Source of the DNA: Candidatus Latescibacterota bacterium
GTDB taxonomy: Bacteria; Latescibacterota; UBA2968
Direction: 5' to 3'
DNA length: 64,000 bases
NCBI GenBank assembly: GCA_965232265.1
Contig: CBDDPH010000002.1
Coordinates: 2,008,290 to 2,072,289 of the forward strand
This document shows positions 18,285-28,410 of this stretch, in pieces (the stretch's first letter is position 1; the number at the start of each line of letters is the position of its first letter). Both the position numbers and the translations under genes were made by a program. The notes under the pieces are model-generated. The model searched no databases and had not been told where the DNA came from. It worked only from the letters and a program-made list of their open reading frames with translations.

Positions 18285-18460
18285 TGAAGTGTGAAGTGTG
18301 AAGGTATCCACGAAGGGCACGAAGTTACACGAAGAGATCGTAGGGGCGCCCCCTCGCGGTCGCCTTTCATCTGCGTTCATCTGCGTTCATCTGCGGATAC
18401 CTCTCAAGCACTTGACATCCTGGATTCAAAACCGTATTTTCCGCATCAAAGGAGAACACT

Positions 18461-19210
18461 GTGTTTGAACCCAAGATGAAAACATTTTACGACACCCACG
18501 GCTATCTCGTCGTAAAAAACCTTTTCGCAAAAAAAGAACTCACCGACGTTATTCAGCGCACCGACGAGATGATAGCCGATCCAGATCGAGCACCGAAAGG
18601 CGTCTCAGTCGGCCTTGAAGGCAATACCGTAAAAGACACATCAAACCCAGAAGCGGAAAATCACAGTGTGCGCGTTCTCGCATTTGTCGTGCGCTTTGAC
18701 CCCACCTATCGTCCCATTGCCAGACATCCCAAATTACTCGCACTCGTACGCGGCCTGATCGGACCGCGCATTCGCGTTTTTCGAGACCAGATGCTGCTCA
18801 AACCACCGGGCGGCCAGGCGAAACCACCGCATCAGGACCAGAGCTATTTTCGCGTACAACCCATCAACGGTCTCGTCACCGCCTGGATTGCCTTAGACGA
18901 GGCCACAAATACCAATGGCTGTATGCGTTATGTACCCGGCTCACACAGACACGGCATCTTCGACATCACCCATGACCCGGACCGCCCCGTGCATCACGTA
19001 CCCGATACAAACAATATCGAACTCCCCGAATCCGTCGCCTGTCCCGTGCCCGCAGGATCTGTCATATTTCACCATGGCTGCACCCTGCACCACAGCGAAA
19101 TCAATCACACAAACACATGGCGCAAAGCACTCATCCTCCACTACGCCACAACCGATTCTCGCTCTAAACGCGAACAACTCAACAGCGAAATCTCCCTTGA
19201 AATCGACTAA
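18461..19210 (+). CDS. phytanoyl-CoA dioxygenase (PhyH) family Fe(II)/2OG oxygenase
   Basis: HQDQSYF...WIALDEATNTNGCMRYVPGSH...H is the PhyH facial triad pattern. Confidence 0.7.
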   Translation: MFEPKMKTFYDTHGYLVVKNLFAKKELTDVIQRTDEMIADPDRAPKGVSVGLEGNTVKDTSNPEAENHSVRVLAFVVRFDPTYRPIARHPKLLALVRGLIGPRIRVFRDQMLLKPPGGQAKPPHQDQSYFRVQPINGLVTAWIALDEATNTNGCMRYVPGSHRHGIFDITHDPDRPVHHVPDTNNIELPESVACPVPAGSVIFHHGCTLHHSEINHTNTWRKALILHYATTDSRSKREQLNSEISLEID

Positions 19211-19299
19211 ATAAAGTCGCGTGTCGCCTTTTTCAATTTGCAACGCATTGTATCTTTGTAAGCAAAACATCAATCCCACATCCTCACCAGGAGACCACC

Positions 19300-20613
19300 A
19301 TGCGCCCGATTTGTCTCATCCTTCTGCTCCTCTTCACAGCCCCGGTTTATGCAAACGAGCATTACCGCGCTGCCGTAGATTCCCTACCCTCCAAAATCCC
19401 CGACCGCATAGTACTCAATTGGTCGGGAGATCCCACAACCACAGCATCGATCACCTGGCGCACCGACACGAGCATCACACAGGCCGAAGGTCAGATCGCA
19501 GAAGCCAAAGCCTCGGCCAATTTTGTCACATGGGCCAAGAGCGAAACAGCACGCACTGAAAAATGGGAACACAATGGCAATACTGCCCATTTCCATTCGG
19601 TCACATTCAAGGGTCTCAAACCCAACACCCTCTATGCCTATCGCGTGGGCAGTGGCGACATCTGGAGTTCCTGGTATCAATTTCGCACGGCCTCAACCGA
19701 ACCCGATGACTTCACCTTCATCTACTTTGGCGATGCACAAAATAATTTGCTCGCCCTGTGGGCACGCACCATTCGCACCGCTGTGCTCGACGCGCCCCAC
19801 GCCGACTTTATCCTCCACGCAGGCGACCTCGTCAACCGCGCCAACAGAGACAGCGAATGGGAGGAATGGTTTGAGTCTGGCGACTGGATCCATGCAAAAA
19901 TCCCCAGCATTCCTACGCCGGGGAATCACGAATACTATAAAAATGGGGTCACACGCCATCTATCTGTCCTATGGCGTCCGCATTTCACCCTGCCCGAAAA
20001 TGGCCCCAAAGGCTTTGAGGAAACCATCTATTACATAGACTATCAGGGGGCGCGCATCATCTCACTCAATTCCAATGAGCGCCACAAAGAACAGGTCCCA
20101 TGGCTGGAACAAGTGCTCAAAAACAACCCCCATAAATGGACCTTTGTCACATTCCATCACCCCGTCTATTCCGCGTCTGATGGCCGCGACAACAAAGACC
20201 TGCGCGAAGCCTGGAAACCCGTCTTTGACAAATACGCCGTCGATCTGGTGCTCCAGGGCCACGACCATACGTATGCCAGAGGGAACAACATCGGCAACGG
20301 CGTAACCATGCGCGACTCAACCAAAGGCACAGTTTATGTCGTATCGGTCAGCGGTCCCAAACAATACAAACTCAGAAAAGACCGCTGGATGACGCGCGGT
20401 GCGGAAAACACACAGCTTTATCAGGTCATTACTGTCTCTGGCGACACCCTGCACTACCGCGCAATGACCGCGGTGGGCGAACTCTACGATGCTTTTGATC
20501 TGGTCAAACAGATGGGCAAACCCAACAAACTCATCGATCGCGCCCCCCAAGCTCCCGAACGCCGATGGGAAAATACCCTTGAAAAGAAAGACAAAGACGA
20601 CAAAGTTTATTAG
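19300..20613 (+). CDS. secreted metallophosphoesterase (purple acid phosphatase-like)
   Basis: Signal peptide MRPICLILLLLFTAPVYA plus calcineurin-like motifs GDAQNN, GDLVNRAN, GNHEY and GHDHTY. Confidence 0.7.
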   Translation: MRPICLILLLLFTAPVYANEHYRAAVDSLPSKIPDRIVLNWSGDPTTTASITWRTDTSITQAEGQIAEAKASANFVTWAKSETARTEKWEHNGNTAHFHSVTFKGLKPNTLYAYRVGSGDIWSSWYQFRTASTEPDDFTFIYFGDAQNNLLALWARTIRTAVLDAPHADFILHAGDLVNRANRDSEWEEWFESGDWIHAKIPSIPTPGNHEYYKNGVTRHLSVLWRPHFTLPENGPKGFEETIYYIDYQGARIISLNSNERHKEQVPWLEQVLKNNPHKWTFVTFHHPVYSASDGRDNKDLREAWKPVFDKYAVDLVLQGHDHTYARGNNIGNGVTMRDSTKGTVYVVSVSGPKQYKLRKDRWMTRGAENTQLYQVITVSGDTLHYRAMTAVGELYDAFDLVKQMGKPNKLIDRAPQAPERRWENTLEKKDKDDKVY

Positions 20614-20963
20614 AAGCTGTTTGCGCTGGGAGCGCAGGCGTCTCGCCTGCATACCATCTATGGAGCGAGAGGTACATATCTTTCACCATACCGCCCATTC
20701 ATCGCTCAAAATTTACACTTTTTCGCCCTTCATCACTGGATAGCATCATCCCAGGGCAGGCTCTGCCCACCTGCGGATTTAAATTCACGTTGTGAACAGT
20801 GCCGCAATACTGCATATTTCAGACAAAATGAGGTGCTTGGGCTTCTTTTTTTGTAATATGTGGCTCAATTTTTGGATAATGGCGTTTTCTGGCCTGATAT
20901 TTGCTTGTGGTCTGTGTGTTCCGTGTTCTAAAACAGACCACCCTCAGACTCAGGGCAACCCGC

Positions 20964-21884
20964 ATGGGAAAATACGATACCATCTCCAAACGTCTCATCC
21001 AGACCTATCCACATGATTTTATACGCTTTACGCTCCAACGGGACGATGTCGAGTTTCTCGCGCTCCTCGACACAGAACAACCCACCATTGACGCACACCG
21101 CACAGATAGCTTTATCCATGCTCGAATCGGCGATGAAGAAGTATTGCTTCACTATGAGTTTCAAACCACCGACAGTACCGATCCCCCCATGCCGCGTCGC
21201 ATGGCGGGTTATATTGGTCGCGCGATTGAGCAGTATGAGGAGCCCATCCATTCCACAGTCATTTATTTGCGTCCCGATACCGGGCACAACGATCCGGGGC
21301 ACCACATCCAGTCGCGTTATGGCTACGAGATTGTGATTCAATATCAGGTGATCAGACTAATAGAGGTAGAAGGACAGCGCGCCCTCAATGCGGGTCATTC
21401 GGGCTTGATCCCATTTGCATCCTTGATGAAGCCGCCCGAAGGGATGGGTTCTGATGCGTGGTTTGGTGCGTGTGTTGACCGCGTACGAGACCTGCCGCTG
21501 GATGAATCAGCCAAGCGCGATTTTCTTGCTGGTCTGTCGGTTTTGGGTGGGTTGGTGCATGATCGTGACCTGATTTCTAATCTTCTTTCAAAGGAGGGGT
21601 TGATGGATCTCATTCGGGAATCATCTTTTGCCCAGTACCTGCTTGAGCAAGAGATAGAGGAAAACAAAGAACAATGGCTCAAGCAGGGCATTGAACAAGG
21701 GGAAAGAAAAAGCACGCTTGCAGGTCTTCTGGATGTGTTGGCGATTCGATTTGATCTGCCTGAAGCAGATCTCCTATCTGATCGCCTTGCAACCATTGAT
21801 GATTTGCAACACCTCAAGCAGTTGCACCGTGCGGCGGTCCAGGTGTCCAGCCTTGAGGCATTTGAACAGCTGTTAGATGCCTGA
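20964..21884 (+). CDS. Rpn family recombination-promoting nuclease / putative transposase (PD-(D/E)XK, YhgA-like) with C-terminal DUF4351
   Basis: N-terminus MGKYDTISKRLIQTYPHDFIRF... and C-terminal ...LAIRFDLPEADLLSDRLATIDDLQHLKQL... are typical of this family. Start at ATG 20964. Confidence 0.55.
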   Translation: MGKYDTISKRLIQTYPHDFIRFTLQRDDVEFLALLDTEQPTIDAHRTDSFIHARIGDEEVLLHYEFQTTDSTDPPMPRRMAGYIGRAIEQYEEPIHSTVIYLRPDTGHNDPGHHIQSRYGYEIVIQYQVIRLIEVEGQRALNAGHSGLIPFASLMKPPEGMGSDAWFGACVDRVRDLPLDESAKRDFLAGLSVLGGLVHDRDLISNLLSKEGLMDLIRESSFAQYLLEQEIEENKEQWLKQGIEQGERKSTLAGLLDVLAIRFDLPEADLLSDRLATIDDLQHLKQLHRAAVQVSSLEAFEQLLDA

Positions 21885-22093
21885 CGCGATTTCCCACCAT
21901 CAAATAGCCACAGAAAATGTAGGGGCGAAAAATTTTTCGCCCCGCCATGCGAACAAATAAAAAAATCCGCTCACAAAAAACCACTCGCCATACCTTCAGT
22001 GAGCGGTTTTTTAGGTTATGATACAGGGTCAAATAGGTATTAATTCAGGATTCGAATTAGCCAAAAGCACCTTCAGCCTATAAATCAGTCTGT

Positions 22094-22783
22094 TCATCTT
22101 TCAGGCACATAAGACAGGTCCTTCAAGAGGGCGTATTTTTCAATCAAAATTTTGAATTCGGCTCCTGTTTCATGTGATCTATGAAAAGAAAGAACGCCTA
22201 ATTCAGCAGTTGACATTTGGGCGCGGATGAGGTCGACGTAGAAACTCTTTTTTATTATGTCATCACTTTGTTGGTCAACAAATTTGATGATATTGTAAAA
22301 GTGGGAAAAATAACGGCCAACATGCGATTGGTGCTCATCAAAGAACGCATTACGGTCTGCTCCGTCATTAAGTTGCCTGAGTGCATAAATAAAGTAATCT
22401 CTCCCTGAATATGTTATCGGCTGATTATCAACAGTACTGCTAAACTTTATAGAATTGACAATCTCGTTATGCAGGCCAAAAAGCTGAAAAAAAGAACTCT
22501 CAAAATTTTGTTTCTGTAGAATTTCCTTTTGATCCTTCAATTCCGTCCGTTGATGCTCAAGTTCCTCTCTTTGCAATAGTATTGCCCAAATAACACCTGC
22601 AAAAGCCAATCCAGCAAACAGCGTATTAAGGGCCCCAAATGAGTCTCCAAATTTCCCTCTATTATTTTCTAAAGTCCATTCTGTGCCCCAAATAATATAT
22701 CCATACCCTATACAAACGACGAATATCGTTAAAAATACGAACAATGGCCAATACCGCCTGAAAAAATATAATCGTTGATTCAT
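22094..22783 (-). CDS. membrane-anchored Abi-like (putative abortive-infection) protein in a low-GC island
   Basis: Two N-terminal TM helices, a coiled segment and a cytoplasmic domain. The gene is about 39% GC against about 55% flanking. Strong RBS GAGGAGG. Confidence 0.35.
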   Translation of the reverse strand: MNQRLYFFRRYWPLFVFLTIFVVCIGYGYIIWGTEWTLENNRGKFGDSFGALNTLFAGLAFAGVIWAILLQREELEHQRTELKDQKEILQKQNFESSFFQLFGLHNEIVNSIKFSSTVDNQPITYSGRDYFIYALRQLNDGADRNAFFDEHQSHVGRYFSHFYNIIKFVDQQSDDIIKKSFYVDLIRAQMSTAELGVLSFHRSHETGAEFKILIEKYALLKDLSYVPER

Positions 22784-22956
22784 CTACCCCTCCTCAATAA
22801 AGTATAATCGGCACGAACACCTACCATCACCCTCTTATCACTGGATAGAACCGTTCCAGTGCCGGCTCTGCTCATCCTTACATCATGACCCGCTTGCCGG
22901 CTGCTGCCCGCAAAGGCAGGGTTGCGGGCAAGCAGGTCCCAATTTAGACGATATTC

Positions 22957-25053
<2,097 letters not shown>

Positions 25054-25370
25054 AGTGGGTTCCTTTCTCGAAGATGGTGTGACGGGTCTCACTGTGCTAG
25101 TCTTCATTGTGCGACCTCCTCCTTGCTGTTGTGGTGATAACAGGTTATATTTGGGTTCAGAGTGGGGTGCGGTTGCCCAACCGTTCCTATCTCTGTATTC
25201 TCGGCGGAGGGCTTTTATGGCTTCCCAACCGATAGCCCTCCGCTCTGCCTGTGCTGAATACAGCAGACAGGCATCCCCGCAGCCATCATCTATGCCTGCG
25301 AGATTTTTTTGTTTATGCCATCTCTATCCCTCCAATCGTAGTTGCGTGGATTTCACATTGCCGTTTGAAA

Positions 25371-25433
25371 CGGGCGAAAGATTTTTCACCCCTACCTGGC
25401 ATTGGCGGTGGGCGAAAGATTTTTCACCCCTAC
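25371..25433. repeat. tandem pair of degenerate GCGAAA(G/A)ATTTTTC(G/A)CCCCTAC palindromic REP-like elements
   Basis: Two copies separated by CTGGCATTGGCGGTG. The same pair architecture recurs at 25948-26012. Confidence 0.7.
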
Positions 25434-25681
25434 AATTCGTGAACTGCTGGTGCGTGGGGTACAACGAGCCGTTTATCAGGCTCGTTCACCGTCGCAGTCA
25501 TGCTCGATTGAACTGGCCCCACATTACCCACTTGTGGGGCAGGCTCTGAAAGACGGCCAGTCCTGCTCGGAGCGGTTTACAACTGCGTCAGCAGTTCATT
25601 ACTCGCCTTCATACCCCGTTCCGTGGATCAGCCCGCCGTTTTACTGTTTTGTCGTGTACTTTGCAAAACGGGCAAAAAAAT

Positions 25682-25724
25682 ACCGAGTGTCACAAAGCCT
25701 ATGACACTCGGTTCATTTTTCATT
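25682..25724. terminator. bidirectional terminator-like hairpin (A-tract / hairpin / T-tract)
   Basis: CAAAAAAAT ACCGAGTGTCAcaaagcctaTGACACTCGGT TCATTTTTCATT. Confidence 0.4.
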
Positions 25725-25947
25725 GGCCGGCCAAATGCCATAGGCTGCGTACTTAGACCCAAGTAGAGATCAAGCTCGGTCCTTTCGGAGACCGAAACCA
25801 TAGCATTCAGCCGGCAGGAAGTTATACAGACTTTACCGCGGCTGCTTCCTGCCGGTCACTTAGGTTTAAATACGCGCCATTAGAATAAGACATTGACAAG
25901 CCTTGTCAACTCAAAAATTTCCCATAAGCTCCTTTTTTAATGGTTGC

Positions 25948-26012
25948 GAGGGGCGAAAGATTTTTCGCCCCTACATCGCATTGGTGGTGGGCGAAAGATC
26001 TTGCGGCCCTAC
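25948..26012. repeat. tandem pair of GTAGG..CCTAC palindromic REP-like elements
   Basis: GAGGGGCGAAAGATTTTTCGCCCCTAC ... GGGCGAAAGATCTTGCGGCCCTAC. Confidence 0.7.
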
Positions 26013-26032
26013 GTGGTTGTGATCTGTGTTTA

Positions 26033-27118
26033 TCAGTGTTCATCGGTGGTTGCATCCCGCGCGATATCCACTTCGCGCCCTTCCTCCTCACTGCGATAAA
26101 TCCCATCCAGAATCGCCATTACTTGCAGCGACTGCTCCGCCGGTACGGGCGACGGTCTGCCCTCTGCAATCGCCTCGGCAAACGTCATGCATTCCAGCGC
26201 GTGCGCCTTGGCGAGATCGCCCGTATCTCGCAATGCGTATTTGTTATGTTGCTGCGTTTTGGAATCCGAATAATAAATCTCACAACTCGGCAAGTGTGCC
26301 CCACCCTTCGTCCCGTAAAGCCATATCTGCCGTTCTGACGGGGGACCTTGATGCAACATCCAGCTCGTCTCTATAATAAGCGAAGCCCCATTTTCAAACC
26401 GCACAAAAGCCGCCGCAAAATCCTCCACATCAAATTCTTTGGGAATCGCACCACCGCTGCGCCCCATTGTACTGAATGCGCCCTCCTGATGTGCCAACTC
26501 CGCCTTCGCCACACCCGTTACAGCTACGGGATGGGGATTGCCCATCAACCACAGGGTCAAATCCAGAACGTGAACACCAATGTCGATACACGGCCCACCC
26601 CCACTGTGCTTTTTCATAATAAAACCCGGCCGCGCAGGCACGCCCGACCGCCGCAACATCCAGCACCGTGCGTGATACACATTGCCCAAAACCCCAGTAT
26701 CCACTTCCCGCTTCATCGCCAGAGATGATCCCGCAAACCGCGACGACTGCGCGCACATCAACAACTTGCCCGACCGGTCGCGTGCAGCAATCATGTCTTT
26801 CACCAACTGCGGACTGGGTGCCAGTGGCTTTTCACAAATCACGTGTTTGCCCGCATCCAGCGCACCGATGGATAGCGGCGCGTGATAATTATTTGGGGTA
26901 CACACATCCACAATATCGATCTCGGGATCGGCAAACAAATCTTCCGGATTCACATACAGCTTTTTCACACCGTATTCTTCACCCCAATCCTTCAGTACTT
27001 CTTCGCTAATATCGCTTCCAGCCACCAATTCGGCGTGTTCCGAAGCTTGCCAACCCGGAACATGCGTCCGCGCAATACCTCCCACCCCGACAATACCCAC
27101 CTTCAATTTATCTGCCAT
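26033..27118 (-). CDS. Gfo/Idh/MocA family oxidoreductase
   Basis: N-terminal Rossmann VGIVGVGGIARTH plus EKP motif (VICEKPLA). Confidence 0.8.
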   Translation of the reverse strand: MADKLKVGIVGVGGIARTHVPGWQASEHAELVAGSDISEEVLKDWGEEYGVKKLYVNPEDLFADPEIDIVDVCTPNNYHAPLSIGALDAGKHVICEKPLAPSPQLVKDMIAARDRSGKLLMCAQSSRFAGSSLAMKREVDTGVLGNVYHARCWMLRRSGVPARPGFIMKKHSGGGPCIDIGVHVLDLTLWLMGNPHPVAVTGVAKAELAHQEGAFSTMGRSGGAIPKEFDVEDFAAAFVRFENGASLIIETSWMLHQGPPSERQIWLYGTKGGAHLPSCEIYYSDSKTQQHNKYALRDTGDLAKAHALECMTFAEAIAEGRPSPVPAEQSLQVMAILDGIYRSEEEGREVDIARDATTDEH

Positions 27119-27343
27119 TTTGCCTCCTCAGTTAAATTAACGACCAACCCAACATCACAACGACGGGCGAAAAATTTTTAGCCCTACATCAAATAACAAA
27201 ACAACCTGCACATTGTCAACGCAGACCCCTTTCGCTATCGGCGAATTAACCTATTTACAACCGCTTGACGCCCCTCCCTGACCAACGTACATTGCCTATT
27301 CTCGCACAACACCATCTTTCACCTTTTAATAACAGATATTGCC

Positions 27344-28390
27344 ATGACCATACATGACCTCGACACGCCCGCGCTCACCATCGACCTCGATATCCTCGAA
27401 AAAAATATTCGAGAAACGCAAGAGGCATGCGACAAATGGGACATTCCCCTGCGCGTACACACCAAAACGCACAAAATCCCCGAAATTGCCAGAATGCAAC
27501 TCGCTGCGGGAGCCATTGGCATAGTCTGCCAAAAAGTGGGCGAAGCCGAAGCCATGGTTGAAGCGGGCATTCACGACATCCTCATTCCCTACAATATCGT
27601 CGGCCCCATCAAAGTCAAACGCCTCGCCGAACTGTGTAAACGCGCCACCATGACCGTCGCTGTCGATTCGGAAATCACCGCACAGGGGCTATCCGATGGC
27701 GCAACAGCAAACGATGCCACCGTCAACATCCTCATCGAATGCGACACCGGTGGCAATCGCTGCGGCGTACAATCGCCCAAAGCCGCGCTTGAACTCGCGC
27801 AAAAAGTGACAACCATGCCCGGCCTTCAGTTCCAGGGCATCATGACCTATCCCAGTCACGAACGCGCCAAAGACTTCATCGACCAAACGCGCGACCTGCT
27901 TCAAAGCGCGGGCATCGCGCTCAACACCATCAGCGGAGGTGGCACGGGCTCTGCCGAAGTCTCCAAAGCCATTGGCTGCACCGAAACCCGCATTGGATCC
28001 TACGTCTTTGAAGGCCTGCGCCGCATCAACCGCGAACACAATCCGCCCAACCCCATCACCTGTGCCGAACGCATGATTGTCACCATCGTCAGCACACCCA
28101 CACCCGACCGCGTCATCATCGACGGTGGGCAAAAAACATTCACCAGTTATGCCCCCACCCCTTATGGACACATCGTTGAACACCCCAATGCCAAAATCTA
28201 CGGCATGTCCGTAGAACACGGTCACGTCGATGTCTCAGAATGCAACCACACCTTCACCGTAGGCGACCGCCTCTCTGTCATTCCCCTGCACCAGGGCATG
28301 ACCACCAACCTCCACGACGAAGTCTATGCCGTGCGAAATGGCAAGGTAGAACACCTATGGAAAGTTGCTGGACGCGGTAAAGTGCAATAA
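27344..28390 (+). CDS. alanine-racemase-fold PLP enzyme, D-serine dehydratase-like (DSD1) family
   Basis: PLP-lysine context RVHTKTHK and an N-terminal TIM barrel. The family includes D-threo-3-hydroxyaspartate dehydratase and D-threonine aldolase. Confidence 0.65.
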   Translation: MTIHDLDTPALTIDLDILEKNIRETQEACDKWDIPLRVHTKTHKIPEIARMQLAAGAIGIVCQKVGEAEAMVEAGIHDILIPYNIVGPIKVKRLAELCKRATMTVAVDSEITAQGLSDGATANDATVNILIECDTGGNRCGVQSPKAALELAQKVTTMPGLQFQGIMTYPSHERAKDFIDQTRDLLQSAGIALNTISGGGTGSAEVSKAIGCTETRIGSYVFEGLRRINREHNPPNPITCAERMIVTIVSTPTPDRVIIDGGQKTFTSYAPTPYGHIVEHPNAKIYGMSVEHGHVDVSECNHTFTVGDRLSVIPLHQGMTTNLHDEVYAVRNGKVEHLWKVAGRGKVQ

Positions 28391-28410
28391 AAAACATATA
28401 GGGAAAAGCC

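Noticed and set aside
25809-25853. Calling the CCGGCAGGAAGCAGCC-containing hairpin an SRP RNA (ffs) gene
   Set aside because: The conserved 16-mer matches (15/16), but the predicted secondary structure is a simple perfect hairpin lacking the SRP domain-IV loops and the 5'/3' closing helix. It is kept only as a candidate needing cmscan.
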